DNA of 64,000 nt from Candidatus Bathyarchaeia archaeon (GTDB lineage Archaea; Thermoproteota; Bathyarchaeia; Bathyarchaeales; Bathycorpusculaceae). The notes beneath the pieces were generated by a model that was given only the letters and a program-made list of their open reading frames with translations, was not told the origin of the DNA and ran no database searches. Positions 1-10,719 of the stretch are shown here, one piece after another; position 1 is the stretch's first letter, and each line of letters begins with the position of its first letter. A program made the translations under genes and the position numbers. The stretch spans positions 38,681 to 102,680 of the forward strand of contig JBEKGO010000004.1 in assembly GCA_050012755.1 (NCBI GenBank), read 5' to 3'.

Positions 1-248
1 CCGGAAACATTTGGGGGGCGTTGACACTGAACGGCTTGATTTACTCATCAGCATCAGGATACAACCCTGCAGTGGCGATAGACGCTTTGGCTGCTGGAGC
101 ATTAGCGGCTGGATTATGCGGCAAAGGACCAGCAGTAACAGCAGTAACTCCTAAAGACAAGGTTGATTCAGTTAAAGAGGCTCTGCAAAAGTACAACGGT
201 GAAATCTTGCAAGCCCATTTGAACCATGAGAAAGCCAAGGTGCTCTAA
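1..248 (+). CDS. aroK: Archaeal shikimate kinase (GHMP family), 3' part, truncated by the window edge
   Basis: C-terminal GHMP motif (LNGLIY...AAGLCGKGPA); directly upstream of aroA. Confidence 0.8.
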   Translation, partial: GNIWGALTLNGLIYSSASGYNPAVAIDALAAGALAAGLCGKGPAVTAVTPKDKVDSVKEALQKYNGEILQAHLNHEKAKVL

Positions 249-250
249 CA

Positions 251-1555
251 ATGACAGATGTAATCATCAAGAAAACAGAAAAATTAAGTGGCGAAGTATG
301 TGCCCCCCCGTCAAAATCCTATACACAGAGAATGCTCATAGCCGCTGCTTTATCAAACGGAATATCCAAGATATCTAATCCTCTCTTATCAGAAGACACC
401 AAAGCAACCCTGCGCGCCACAACGGCTCTAGGTGCAAAGGTAGCAACGGATGAGGATTGCTGGACAGTTACAGGCGCAAGCCCTCTTACGAATGCCAAAG
501 AACCTATCGACTGCGGAGAATCAGGTGCAACGTTGCGTTTCATGATCCCGGTAGCAGCATTAACATCCGACCCTTCAACTTTGATTTTTGGCGGTTCACT
601 TGAACGCAGACCCATTGAACCCTTAATCAAAAGTTTAGATGACCTTGGCGCAAATGTGCGTATGAAGAAACTTGGCAACAAAGACGCTGTGTTTGTTACG
701 GGCGGCGGTATTCTTGGAGGCGAAACCTCTATTCCCGGAGATGTGAGCTCACAGTTTATTTCTGGATTAATGTTCGCTTGTCCAATGGCAAAAGTGGATA
801 CGGAAATCGCTTTAACATCGCCTCTTGAATCTGCAGACTACGTCAAAATGACTTGGGACGTGCTAGCTAAACATGAAATCAGAATAGAAGTTCACGACAA
901 CTATAGACTCATTCACATTCCAGCCAACCAAACTTACAAGCCATTTGACTCCAAGGTGCCAGGCGATTTTTCCTCCTCAGCATTTCTACTTGCTGCCTCA
1001 GCCATAACCTCTTCAAATGTCCAAATTCGCAATCTTGAATATGCTAGCCCTCAAGGAGACAAGGCGATTCTAGGCATCCTCAAGCAAATGGGCATCGTGG
1101 GAAGAGTTTGTGAAAACAGCGTTGAGATAAATGGAACGGGCAATACTCTTGAACCCCTTAATGTTGATGCAAAAAATATTCCTGATTTAGTTCCCGTATG
1201 TGCAGTGCTTGCATGCTTCGCAAAAGGCACTTCGAAAATCACGGGCGCGCAACGGCTTAAACTCAAGGAGTCGGACAGGTTGAAGTCGTTGCATCTTGAG
1301 TTGAGAAAGATGGGCGCGAAAATAAAAGTGGATTCAAGCGGCTTAACCATTGAAGGTCCCTGTAACTTGCATGGTGCAGTGATTAATCCGCATAATGACC
1401 ACCGAATAGCAATGGCGTGTGCGGTTGCAGCTTTAGGTGCAAAAAACCAAACCACAATTCAAAACGCAGAATGCGTTAGAAAGTCTTATCCGCAGTTCTT
1501 CACTCATCTAAAACAAATAGGAGCTGAAATTGTTGGCGGGAAATTCGATAGGTAA
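251..1555 (+). CDS. aroA: 3-phosphoshikimate 1-carboxyvinyltransferase (EPSP synthase)
   Basis: PPSKSYTQR, CGESGATLRF, SSQF, KESDR and DHRIAM motifs. Confidence 0.97.
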   Translation: MTDVIIKKTEKLSGEVCAPPSKSYTQRMLIAAALSNGISKISNPLLSEDTKATLRATTALGAKVATDEDCWTVTGASPLTNAKEPIDCGESGATLRFMIPVAALTSDPSTLIFGGSLERRPIEPLIKSLDDLGANVRMKKLGNKDAVFVTGGGILGGETSIPGDVSSQFISGLMFACPMAKVDTEIALTSPLESADYVKMTWDVLAKHEIRIEVHDNYRLIHIPANQTYKPFDSKVPGDFSSSAFLLAASAITSSNVQIRNLEYASPQGDKAILGILKQMGIVGRVCENSVEINGTGNTLEPLNVDAKNIPDLVPVCAVLACFAKGTSKITGAQRLKLKESDRLKSLHLELRKMGAKIKVDSSGLTIEGPCNLHGAVINPHNDHRIAMACAVAALGAKNQTTIQNAECVRKSYPQFFTHLKQIGAEIVGGKFDR

Positions 1556-2645
1556 AGAATTCACAGTAACCACTTTCGGCGAAAGCCACGGTAAAATTGT
1601 CGGCGTAGTCGTCGATGGATGCCCAGCGGGATTGCCTCTTTCTGAAGCTGACATTCAAATAGACTTAGATAGGCGTATTCCAGCGGAGCCAAAAATTGTT
1701 TCAGGACGAATTGAGAAAGACACCGCCAAAATATTGTCAGGAATTTTTAACGGTTTTACCACTGGCGCCCCAATTGCTATGACGGTTGAGAATCGGGAGG
1801 TTGACTCAAGCGATTACGAAGCAATCAAGGATTTGCCCCGACCAGGGCACTCAGATTACCCAGCTGGCGTAAAATATGGTGGCTTTCAGGATTATCGAGG
1901 TGGCGGGCGCTTCTCAGGGAGAGTTACAGTGGCGCTCATCATGGCTGGAGCGGTAGCAAAAAAACTGCTTAGCCGATTTGATGTTGACGTGTTAGCGTAC
2001 ACTACAGCAATTGGCCAAGTCAAAACTGACAAAAAGTTTAGTGCAGAAGAAATCCGAAAGAACAGGTACTCAGCGTCCACGCGGTGTCCCGACTTTGCCT
2101 GTGCAGAAAAAATGGAGCAAGCCATTGTGGAGGCTAGGAGAGAAGGCGAAAGTGTTGGCGGAATAGTTGAATGTATGGCGTTAAATGTTCCAGTCGGGGT
2201 TGGAGAACCAATGTTTGACTCGCTTGACGCTGATTTAGCGAAAGCGTTGTTTAATGTTCCCGCTGTAAAAGCAGTTGAGTTCGGGTTAGGTTTTGAGATT
2301 GCAGAATTAAAAGGTTCTGAAAGTAATGATACGTTTATCATGCAAAGCGGAAAAGTCGCTACTTCAACGGAAAATATGGGCGGAATCCTGGGCGGCTTAT
2401 CCAATGGTATGCCCATTATAATGCGGATAGCAATTAAACCGACGCCTTCAATTGGCAAAGAGCAGAAAACCGTTAACCTTTCAACTATGAAAGCTGCTGG
2501 TCTGAGTGTTAAGGGAAAGCATGATCCCTGTGTTGTTCCAAAAGCCGTACCAGCTGTGGAAGCTGCGGTCGCAGTGACTTTAGCTGACCATATGATTCGA
2601 GCGGGCTTTATACCGAAAGTTCTGGAGAGACAGAAAAATGGATGA
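1530..2645 (+). CDS. aroC: Chorismate synthase
   Basis: TFGESHG, RPGHSD, GGGRFSGR, IKPTPSI and HDPC motifs. Confidence 0.97.
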   Translation: MLAGNSIGKEFTVTTFGESHGKIVGVVVDGCPAGLPLSEADIQIDLDRRIPAEPKIVSGRIEKDTAKILSGIFNGFTTGAPIAMTVENREVDSSDYEAIKDLPRPGHSDYPAGVKYGGFQDYRGGGRFSGRVTVALIMAGAVAKKLLSRFDVDVLAYTTAIGQVKTDKKFSAEEIRKNRYSASTRCPDFACAEKMEQAIVEARREGESVGGIVECMALNVPVGVGEPMFDSLDADLAKALFNVPAVKAVEFGLGFEIAELKGSESNDTFIMQSGKVATSTENMGGILGGLSNGMPIIMRIAIKPTPSIGKEQKTVNLSTMKAAGLSVKGKHDPCVVPKAVPAVEAAVAVTLADHMIRAGFIPKVLERQKNG

Positions 2646-2898
2646 AATCCAACAATTACGAAAAAAAGTTGATGAAATTGACGAGCAAATCATAACTGCC
2701 CTACGCGAAAGAACGAAAACATGTAGCGCCATTGGATTTATTAAGAAAAAGAAGGGCTTACCGGTAAGGGACGTTGCCCGAGAAAACGAGGTTTTTAAAC
2801 GGATGAATGAAAAAGCTCTAGAATTTCACCTTAATCCCTTGCAAGTTGAAGCAGTTTACCGCGAAATAGTTAATATGTGCAGTGCTATTCAGGAGTAA
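2638..2898 (+). CDS. Chorismate mutase type II (AroQ)
   Basis: LRKKVDEIDEQI...R...IG..K...RD..RE pattern, 86 aa, in the aro operon. Confidence 0.9.
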   Translation: MDEIQQLRKKVDEIDEQIITALRERTKTCSAIGFIKKKKGLPVRDVARENEVFKRMNEKALEFHLNPLQVEAVYREIVNMCSAIQE

Positions 2899-4006
2899 AA
2901 AAAGAACTTCAGCGGAAGTAACCTCTGTGCTTTACGAAATAAATGAGAAGGCCATAAGGCTCGAAAACCAAGGAAAAAAGATAATACGCTTAAACCTAGG
3001 TGACCCTGACTTAGCTACGCCTAACGAAATAATTGAGGCAGCTTATGCTTCGATGAAGGCGGGCAAAACAAAATATTCCTCCGCCTACGGCGAGAGCAAA
3101 CTTCGACAAAAGCTTGCCGAACTTCACGGCGTTAAAACTGAAAACGTTGTTATTACCCCTGGTTCAAAATGGGGTGTTTTCGCCACCATGTATCTCATGA
3201 TGAAGGGAGGAGGAAACGTTATCATCCCTACTCCTTACTGGACAGCTTACGATTTGATCGCTAAAAGTCTCGGCGCCGAGACTAAACTGCTTAGGACAGA
3301 GATGGAAGGCGGGTGGAAAGTTGACCTTGAAAAACTCGAAGACACTATTGACAAGAATACTCGAATGATAATACTTAACAATCCAAATAATCCCACGAGC
3401 AAAGTTATTGATCCTGCAACTCTCGATGGCATAGTGGAAATTGCAAACAAGAAAGGCGTTACCATTCTTTCAGATGAGGTTTACGGAACAATCAGTTTCG
3501 TTAAAACCAAAAGCATCCTAGAATATGACGGCGACCACACCCATATTCTAACCACCGGTTTCTCCAAAACATTTAGTATGACAGGCTGGAGAATCGGCTA
3601 CATAATTGCAAACAAAAAACTCATCGATAACATAACTAAACTCAACCAAATAACCATCAACAACGTGCCCGTTTTCATTCAAGAAGCAGCTTTGAAAGGG
3701 TTGGAATTGCAAAAACAGCTTGCGACAAAAATAAAAGAAGAATATGAACAGCGTGCGAAGTTGGCAAGTAAGACTTTGGCTAAAGCAGGTTTCTCATTTA
3801 CAAAACCTGAGGCGCCATTCTACGTTTTTCCAAAACGTTCCGGCTTAGACTCGGAAAAATTCACCTTGGACTTGCTAGACAAAGGCGTTGCAATAGCTCC
3901 AGGCACATCATTTGGGGACTACAGAGAGCATTTCCGTATCTCATTAACTGCTCCAAGAGACGAAATCAAAACTGGTCTTGATATAATTGGCGAGGCTTTG
4001 AAATGA
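2882..4006 (+). CDS. PLP-dependent aminotransferase class I/II (likely aromatic amino acid aminotransferase)
   Basis: NNPNNPT, SDEVY, GFSKTFSMTGWRIG; operon context. Confidence 0.92.
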   Translation: MLFRSKKRTSAEVTSVLYEINEKAIRLENQGKKIIRLNLGDPDLATPNEIIEAAYASMKAGKTKYSSAYGESKLRQKLAELHGVKTENVVITPGSKWGVFATMYLMMKGGGNVIIPTPYWTAYDLIAKSLGAETKLLRTEMEGGWKVDLEKLEDTIDKNTRMIILNNPNNPTSKVIDPATLDGIVEIANKKGVTILSDEVYGTISFVKTKSILEYDGDHTHILTTGFSKTFSMTGWRIGYIIANKKLIDNITKLNQITINNVPVFIQEAALKGLELQKQLATKIKEEYEQRAKLASKTLAKAGFSFTKPEAPFYVFPKRSGLDSEKFTLDLLDKGVAIAPGTSFGDYREHFRISLTAPRDEIKTGLDIIGEALK

Positions 4007-4878
4007 AAATCGCCGTAATTGGCGCAGGCAAAATGGGTATATGGTTTGCTAAATTCCTCCAATTAAAAGGCTACGATGTAACGTTAGCTGACAGAAAAAA
4101 AGAAAAAATTGCAAATTTAAAAAAGGAACTATCGGTTAAGACGACCACTGATTTTAAAGCTGCCGTTGCAAACGTTGACCAAATTCTAATCTGCGTATCA
4201 ATCAGCGCCATGAAAGAGGTAGTCAAAACCATTGCTCCAGCACTTCACAAAGGACAAGTTGTCATGGATATCTGCTCCATCAAAGAATCACCAGTAAGAC
4301 TCATGCATGAAAACATCAAGGCTGCCTTAGTTTTAGGCACTCATCCAGTTTTCGGTCCAGGCAGCAATGGCGTCAAACACAAAGCCTACATCTTGACCCC
4401 AACCAACCCAGCGGAAGAAAAGTTTGCAGAAGAGTTCAAAAAGTGGTTGGAACAAGAGGAAGCACATGTCTTTGTCATGTCTCCAAAGAAGCATGATGAG
4501 CTAATGTCAGTTGTTTTGGGTCTGCCGCATTTTATTGGCTTGGTCGCTTGTGAAACGCTTCTAGAACAGAAAGATTTTCCCGAAACAAAAAAGGTGGCGG
4601 GCACCACTTATCGAATGCTGTTTACGCTTGCTGAAGCAACGGCACTGGAAACACCCGACCTGTACGCAAACCTTCAGACAAGCTTGCCTAAGCTGGGAAA
4701 AATTGAAGACCAATTCATGGTTAAAGCACAAGAATGGCTGAACCTGATTAAGAACAAGGATTCAGATGCAATCGTAAAACATATGGAACAGCTGAAGAAA
4801 AAATTGGCGGCTACTGACGGTGACTTTGCCAAATCTTACGAAGTCATGTATAAAATGCTAGAATCCACAGAAAAATAA
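4003..4878 (+). CDS. tyrA: Prephenate dehydrogenase
   Basis: GAGKMG Rossmann motif, DICSIK, THPVFGP, HDELMS..LGLPH. Confidence 0.93.
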   Translation: MKIAVIGAGKMGIWFAKFLQLKGYDVTLADRKKEKIANLKKELSVKTTTDFKAAVANVDQILICVSISAMKEVVKTIAPALHKGQVVMDICSIKESPVRLMHENIKAALVLGTHPVFGPGSNGVKHKAYILTPTNPAEEKFAEEFKKWLEQEEAHVFVMSPKKHDELMSVVLGLPHFIGLVACETLLEQKDFPETKKVAGTTYRMLFTLAEATALETPDLYANLQTSLPKLGKIEDQFMVKAQEWLNLIKNKDSDAIVKHMEQLKKKLAATDGDFAKSYEVMYKMLESTEK

Positions 4879-4960
4879 GCAACAGAAAAACTCAAGTAAT
4901 CATATTGCTTGAAATAGTGTGAGTTGTTTTTCATGGAATGGAAAAAAGCTGAAATAAAAT

Positions 4961-5776
4961 CTAGATTGTTTTAGGGTATGAACCTAAGATTTTGACAAAA
5001 ATCGCGTATTTCTCAAGAGCTGTTAATGCCTCGCAACATTTAGCTTCGCTTCGGTGTCCCTCAAAGTCTAGGTAAAAATTATATTCCCATGCTGTTTTTT
5101 TTGTTGGTCTGGATTCGATTTTTGTCAGGTTGATGTTTCGTTTGGCGAATTCTCCGAGTGCATGGTAGAGTGAGCCTGGCTCATGTTTGGCTGAGAAGAT
5201 TATGCTGGTTTTGTCTTTGCCTGTAGGTGCCGCGTCTTCTGTGTATAACACAAAGAAGCGGGTGTAGTTTTCAAGGTTATCTGCAATGTCCTTGGCGAGG
5301 ATGTGCATGCCGTAAATGTTTGCTGCTCTTTCACTGGCGATTGCGGCGGCGTTTTTGAGGTTTTTTTCCTTGATCATTTTAACGCTGCCAGCGGTGTCGT
5401 AGGTGGGTATGAGTTCGCGTCCAAAATCTTCAAGGAAGCTTCGGCATTGCCCAAGAGCTTGTGGATGCGAATAAACCATTTTTATGTCTTCCAAAGATGT
5501 GCCGGGGTTTGCGATGAGGCAATGTTCAATTTTGAAAATTACTTCAGCGCAGACTTTTAAATCATAACGTAGAAAAAGGTCATAATTCTGAGGCACGCTG
5601 CCTTCTAAGCTGTTCTCAATTGGAACAATGCCAAATTGGGTTTTTTGTGTGCATACGCTGTCAAAAACATCCTTGAAGTCTTTGCAGGGATTGACTTTGG
5701 TTTTTGCGCCGAAGAATTGGAAGGCTGCGCCTTCGCTGTATGCGCCTGGTTCGCCTTGGAAGGCTACGGTTTTCAC
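4961..5776 (-). CDS. pheA: Prephenate dehydratase with ACT domain
   Basis: QGEPGAYS, PIENSLEG, SHPQALGQC, NYTRF, LTKIESRP. Confidence 0.96.
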   Translation of the reverse strand: MKTVAFQGEPGAYSEGAAFQFFGAKTKVNPCKDFKDVFDSVCTQKTQFGIVPIENSLEGSVPQNYDLFLRYDLKVCAEVIFKIEHCLIANPGTSLEDIKMVYSHPQALGQCRSFLEDFGRELIPTYDTAGSVKMIKEKNLKNAAAIASERAANIYGMHILAKDIADNLENYTRFFVLYTEDAAPTGKDKTSIIFSAKHEPGSLYHALGEFAKRNINLTKIESRPTKKTAWEYNFYLDFEGHRSEAKCCEALTALEKYAIFVKILGSYPKTI

Positions 5777-7296
5777 TTTTTGTTTCCCTGCGTATGATTC
5801 TTTATCAGCAGCTTGTTTATACCGTTTATCATTGCTTCAACGCTTGCCATTACTATGTCTTCTCTGGCTGCGCGTGCGGAAACGATGTTGCCTTTTTCGT
5901 CTTCGACTTTTATGACGACTTCTGCGACTGCATTTGAGCCACCTGTGATGGCTTCAAGTCGATACTCACTTAGCCGTATGTTTTCTAGGTTGTTGGTTAA
6001 TTTCTGTATGGCTTTTAGAACTGCGTCAACTGGCCCTACTCCAGTTTCGGCGGCGATGTATTCTTTTCCGTTTAAGGTTAGTCTGACTGAGGCTGTTGGG
6101 ATTACTTTGATGCCAGTTACGACTGCCAAGTCGCACAAGTCAACGATTTTTTCTTCGCCGATTACTTGACCCATAACAGAGGAAGTTAACGCCAGCAAAT
6201 CGGCATCCGTTACCATCTTACCCTTGTCGCCTAATTCTTTGACCCGCTTCACAATCTCTTTTAGCTGCTCCTCAGATGCGTGAATGCCTATTTCTTCCAG
6301 TTCTGCTTTGATTCCTCGCGTTCCCGCCAACTTTCCCGCAACCAATTTTCTTGTGCGGCCAACCAATTCGGGTTTTATCGGCTCAAAAGTTAACGGCTTC
6401 TCAGTAACACCGCGAGTGTGAATTCCTGATTCATGGGCAAAAGCGTTTTCGCCTACAATTGCCTTGTTTGCCTGTACCGCTATACCAGTTAATGAAGCAA
6501 CCAAACGCGACGTGCTGTACAGTAATCGGGTGTTTACTCCTGTCTTGTACTTGTAGATTTCATGTAACGCCATAACTACTTCTTCCAACGAAGCATTTCC
6601 AGCGCGCTCACCTAAGCCGTTAACGGCAACGTGAACCTGAGAGGCGCCGGCTTCGATAGCGGCTAATGAGTTGGCAACTGCCAAGCCGAAGTCATCATGG
6701 CAATGAGTGCTTATCGGAACCTTAACTACCGTTCTTAGTTCCTCAATTAGCTTGATGGTTGTTTTGGGAATCATTATACCTACGGTGTCTGGTACGTTTA
6801 GGCTGTCCATGCCTGCTTTTTCGGCGGCTTGACACACCTGTTTCAGAAAGGGCATTTCAGAGCGTGTAGCATCCATGGGTGAAAACTCACATTTCAACCC
6901 GTGTTTTTTCACGTATTCTATAGAATCCACAGTGGAAGACAATACTTGTTGGGGTGTTAAGTTTACTGCATATTTCATTTGGACAGTCGATGTTGGAATG
7001 AAAACGTGTACTAGGCCAACGTCGCAGTCGATTGCTGCATCAATATCGCCTTTTGTTGCTCGGGATAAAGCGCAGATTTCAGAGGTTAAGCCTGCTTTTG
7101 CTATGTCTTTGACTACTTTTTTTTCGCCTTCGGAAGAACTGGGAAAACCGGCTTCGATTGTGTCGACTCCTAACTTGTTTAGTTGGAGTGCGATCTCCAT
7201 CTTATCATCTGAAGTTAAAGAAACTCCAGGGGTCTGTTCTCCATCTCTTAGTGTTGTGTCAAAAATTCGGATACGTCTTGAGGTTTTACCTGTCAT
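5773..7296 (-). CDS. leuA: 2-isopropylmalate synthase (LeuA/CimA family) with C-terminal regulatory domain
   Basis: DTTLRDGEQ, HCHDDFG, GERAGNA, HESGIH, GVGPVDA; citramalate synthase activity not excluded. Confidence 0.88.
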   Translation of the reverse strand: MTGKTSRRIRIFDTTLRDGEQTPGVSLTSDDKMEIALQLNKLGVDTIEAGFPSSSEGEKKVVKDIAKAGLTSEICALSRATKGDIDAAIDCDVGLVHVFIPTSTVQMKYAVNLTPQQVLSSTVDSIEYVKKHGLKCEFSPMDATRSEMPFLKQVCQAAEKAGMDSLNVPDTVGIMIPKTTIKLIEELRTVVKVPISTHCHDDFGLAVANSLAAIEAGASQVHVAVNGLGERAGNASLEEVVMALHEIYKYKTGVNTRLLYSTSRLVASLTGIAVQANKAIVGENAFAHESGIHTRGVTEKPLTFEPIKPELVGRTRKLVAGKLAGTRGIKAELEEIGIHASEEQLKEIVKRVKELGDKGKMVTDADLLALTSSVMGQVIGEEKIVDLCDLAVVTGIKVIPTASVRLTLNGKEYIAAETGVGPVDAVLKAIQKLTNNLENIRLSEYRLEAITGGSNAVAEVVIKVEDEKGNIVSARAAREDIVMASVEAMINGINKLLIKNHTQGNKK

Positions 7297-7300
7297 TTTT

Positions 7301-8338
7301 TCAACCAGTTTTCGCAGTTAAAGCTGCAGCAATGGCTTCTGCCATTCCAACCGTCGTGGTTTTGCCGCCGCAGTCTGGAACAGATTGACGATTACTCAGA
7401 GCATACACTACCCCATTCTCTATTGCGCTACCTGCTTGTAAGCATTTTTTGTCGTTGTATTTTTCACCCAACCACTCCAGCATCATCTTTGCAGATAATA
7501 TCATTGAGATTGGGTTCGCAGTGTGTTTTCCTGCCCTGTTTGGTGCTGAACCATGGATAGGTTCGAAAAGCGCAAAGTTGTCGCCAACGTTAGCGCCTGG
7601 AGCCATGCCTAAGCCGCCGATTTGCTGAGCTGCTTCATCTGAGAGAATATCACCGAACATGTTGCATGTGCAGAAGACATCAAACACCTGTGGTTCCTTT
7701 ATCAGACGCATAGATGCTGCATCAACATATAACTCGTCAAAGGCGATGTCTGGGTACCGTTTCGCTGTTTCACGGCATACACTTGCGAATAATCCGTCGG
7801 TCACTCGCATAACGTTGGCTTTGTGTATAGCGGTTACCTTCTTTTTGCCGTTGCGTAAACGGGCAATCTCGAAGGCTTTCTTGGCTATGCGTTCACAATT
7901 TCCTCTGGTGATAACCCGCATGCATACGGTTGTATCGTTGCCTATCGTAAATTCTAAGCCTTTGTAAACGTCCTCGGTGTTTTCCCGAACAAACATCATG
8001 TCAATGTCTGGTCTTGCAACAGGAACGTTGGGATAAGCTTTCAAAGGACGCAGATTAGCATATAAATCGAACATTACTCTGAGCTTTACTATGACGTCAG
8101 CTGCGGTTTCGCCTACTGGTCCTTTTAGGCAGGCATGGGATTGTTTGATTTTTTGCACTGTGTCTTCTGGTAGTGCGGCGCCTCTTTTAGCTAGGGTCGC
8201 ATCGCCAGCCTCTGCCTCGATAATTTGCAGTTTTACTCCGAATTTTTTCTGTGCGGAATCTAAGACTTTTAGGGTGGCTTCGGTTAATTCTGGTCCGATG
8301 CCGTCGCCTGGGATTAAAGATATTTTGTATTCTGTCAT
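7301..8338 (-). CDS. leuB: 3-isopropylmalate / isocitrate-family dehydrogenase
   Basis: PGDGIGPE, RENTED, NMFGDILSD, EPIHGSAP. Confidence 0.9.
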   Translation of the reverse strand: MTEYKISLIPGDGIGPELTEATLKVLDSAQKKFGVKLQIIEAEAGDATLAKRGAALPEDTVQKIKQSHACLKGPVGETAADVIVKLRVMFDLYANLRPLKAYPNVPVARPDIDMMFVRENTEDVYKGLEFTIGNDTTVCMRVITRGNCERIAKKAFEIARLRNGKKKVTAIHKANVMRVTDGLFASVCRETAKRYPDIAFDELYVDAASMRLIKEPQVFDVFCTCNMFGDILSDEAAQQIGGLGMAPGANVGDNFALFEPIHGSAPNRAGKHTANPISMILSAKMMLEWLGEKYNDKKCLQAGSAIENGVVYALSNRQSVPDCGGKTTTVGMAEAIAAALTAKTG

Positions 8339-8838
8339 TTTTTGTTTATTCTCCTTCGTAAGTTTTCGATTAATCCGCCGTCTACCAATATTTCGATGAT
8401 GAATGGTGGTAGCTTGTCTACTTGAAACTTTTTGCCTTTTGAAACATTTTCTATCTTGCCCACCTCAAAATCCACGGCTAATTCATCGCCTGTTTCAACC
8501 GCTGCTGATATCCCCTTACACTCGATCACTGGCAAGCCAATGTTTATTGCGTTTCGGAAGAAGATTCGAGCGAAAGATTCGGCTAAAACGCATTTTACGC
8601 CTGCATATTTCAGGGCTAAAGGAGCTTGTTCTCGGCTTGAACCGCAACCAAAGTTTTTGCCCACAACTATGATTACGCCTTTTTTTGCTTTTTCAGGAAA
8701 CACGGGGTCTAAACCTGCCAAAGCGTGTTTAGCTAACTCGTAAGGGTCAACCAACGTCATATATTGTCCAGGCAGAATAACGTCTGTGTCAACGTTGTTT
8801 CCTAATTTTATGGCTGGTCCTTTGATTTTCATGTTCAT
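8335..8838 (-). CDS. leuD: 3-isopropylmalate dehydratase / homoaconitase small subunit
   Basis: DTDVILP, NFGCGSSREQA, SFARIFFRN. Confidence 0.93.
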   Translation of the reverse strand: MNMKIKGPAIKLGNNVDTDVILPGQYMTLVDPYELAKHALAGLDPVFPEKAKKGVIIVVGKNFGCGSSREQAPLALKYAGVKCVLAESFARIFFRNAINIGLPVIECKGISAAVETGDELAVDFEVGKIENVSKGKKFQVDKLPPFIIEILVDGGLIENLRRRINKK

Positions 8839-10103
8839 GCTTTTGCCTCCAGAGTTCTTGGGTCAGTGATTTTTCCTGTCACAGCTGAAGCGGCTACCGT
8901 TGCTGGAGACGCTAGGTATACGCTGGCTTGGGTGCTGCCCATTCTTCCAATAAAGTTTCTGTTTGAAGTGCTGACACATGCTTCGCCTGCTGCCAGCAAC
9001 CCTATGTGTCCGCCTAAGCACGGACCGCACGCTGAACCGCACACTATTGCGCCAGAATCAGTGAAAATTTCCAGTAAACCTTCGTTTAATGCCTGCTTGT
9101 AAACTTCCTGGGACGCTGGAATAACTAATGCTCTAACGCCGTCTTTCACGTGTTTGCCTTTTATGACTTGGGCAGCTAAGCGTAGGTCTTCGATTCTGCC
9201 ATTGGTGCATGAACCAATAAACGCCTGTTCGATTGGAACGTTGCCTACTTTTGAAACGGGCTTTACATTGTCAACTGATGATGGACAAGCTATTTGTGGC
9301 TCCATCTTTGAAACATCAAATTCGACGGTTCGCGCGTAATGGGCGTCTTTATCGCTTTTCAATGCGTCAAAATCGGGTAATGTTTTTACTCTGCCATCCA
9401 AAAATTTACGAGTTATTTCATCTGGTTCGATGATGCCGTTTTTGGCGCCCATTTCCACAGCCATGTTACACAGAGTCATTCTTCCCGCTATGCTCATGGC
9501 CTTTATTGTTGGACCTGTGAATTCTGCGGCTTCGTATATGGCACCGTCGACACACATTCGACCAATTATTGATAAGATTAAATCTTTTGGAGTAACAAAG
9601 TTTGGAAACTGACCAGTTACGTTTATTTTTACTGTTTCCGGCACTTTCAACCAGATTTTTCCAGTGGCAAAAACCGCTGCTGCTTCGGTTGAACCTATGC
9701 CTGTGGCGAAAGCGCCGAAGGCTCCATAAGTGCAAGTATGCGAATCAGCGCCTACAATTACTGTACCTGGAACTACATGTCCTTTTTCAGGCATAACTTG
9801 ATGGCAAATTCCGCCTCTCCCAATATCATATAAGCGCAGTTTTTGGTCTTTGGCGAATTGACGCATAGTCTTATGCAGTTCAGCCGCCTTAACCGATTCA
9901 GCTGGAACCTGATGGTCCAGTATTACCACTGCTTTTTGGTTATCCCAAACTTTTTGTACGCCTATTTTTTTAAAGGCTTCGACAGCTAGAGGTCCAGTTA
10001 AATCGTGCACCATTATCATGTCTACTTTTGCAGACACAATTTCGCCTGGGTGCACAACATCTTTTCCTGAAGCTTTAGCCAAGATTCTTTCTGTAATGTT
10101 CAT
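8835..10103 (-). CDS. leuC: 3-isopropylmalate dehydratase / homoaconitase large subunit
   Basis: GADSHTCT, GSCTNGR, CGPCLG, STSNRNF. Confidence 0.94.
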   Translation of the reverse strand: MNITERILAKASGKDVVHPGEIVSAKVDMIMVHDLTGPLAVEAFKKIGVQKVWDNQKAVVILDHQVPAESVKAAELHKTMRQFAKDQKLRLYDIGRGGICHQVMPEKGHVVPGTVIVGADSHTCTYGAFGAFATGIGSTEAAAVFATGKIWLKVPETVKINVTGQFPNFVTPKDLILSIIGRMCVDGAIYEAAEFTGPTIKAMSIAGRMTLCNMAVEMGAKNGIIEPDEITRKFLDGRVKTLPDFDALKSDKDAHYARTVEFDVSKMEPQIACPSSVDNVKPVSKVGNVPIEQAFIGSCTNGRIEDLRLAAQVIKGKHVKDGVRALVIPASQEVYKQALNEGLLEIFTDSGAIVCGSACGPCLGGHIGLLAAGEACVSTSNRNFIGRMGSTQASVYLASPATVAASAVTGKITDPRTLEAKA

Positions 10104-10151
10104 TGTTCGTTCTCTCTTTTACAATAATTACTTTGAGGAATACATCATAAA

Positions 10152-10175
10152 CGGTTTCTCATTTTTGAGAAACCG
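10152..10175. promoter_or_regulatory. Perfect 10-bp inverted repeat (CGGTTTCTCA-TTTT-TGAGAAACCG) between ilvN and leuC; operator or terminator
   Basis: Read directly; abuts a TATA-like TTTATGAT on the minus strand upstream of leuC. Confidence 0.5.
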
Positions 10176-10206
10176 AAAGTTAAGCGTTTCCGTTCAAAGA
10201 AACGAT

Positions 10207-10719
10207 TTATTCGTCTATTCTTACTGTTTTTGCTCCTCTTGCCAACGCAGTGATGCCTGTTCTTGCAAGCTCAATGACACCGTGTGTTTTCATTAGGTTT
10301 AGGAATGCGTCTAATTTGTCTGGGGTTCCTGTAATCTCAACGGTTAAGCTGTCCATTGACACGTCTATGATTCGTCCTCTGAAGACTTCTACGCAGTTTA
10401 TAATGTCTGAACGTTCTTTAGGTGTTGGCACGTTAACTTTTATTAAAGCTAATTCCCGCATGACAAAGTGTCCCGGCTCTAACTCCTCTACTTTTAGCAC
10501 ATCAATCAGTTTTGCTAGTTGCTTAACGACTTGTTCAAGTGTTTTTTCGTCGCCATTTACCGTGATTGTCATGCGTGCAACTTCGCTGTTTTGGCTTGGT
10601 CCAACTGTGATGCTTTCAATGTTGAAGTTTCTGCGTCTAAATAAGTTAGATACGCCATGGAGAACACCGGGCTTATTTTCAACCAGCACAGAAATTGTTT
10701 TTGTTTGTCCTGTTTCCAT
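10207..10719 (-). CDS. ilvN: Acetolactate synthase regulatory subunit
   Basis: VENKPGVL, RRNFNIESI, KLIDV, ELARTG. Confidence 0.95.
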   Translation of the reverse strand: METGQTKTISVLVENKPGVLHGVSNLFRRRNFNIESITVGPSQNSEVARMTITVNGDEKTLEQVVKQLAKLIDVLKVEELEPGHFVMRELALIKVNVPTPKERSDIINCVEVFRGRIIDVSMDSLTVEITGTPDKLDAFLNLMKTHGVIELARTGITALARGAKTVRIDE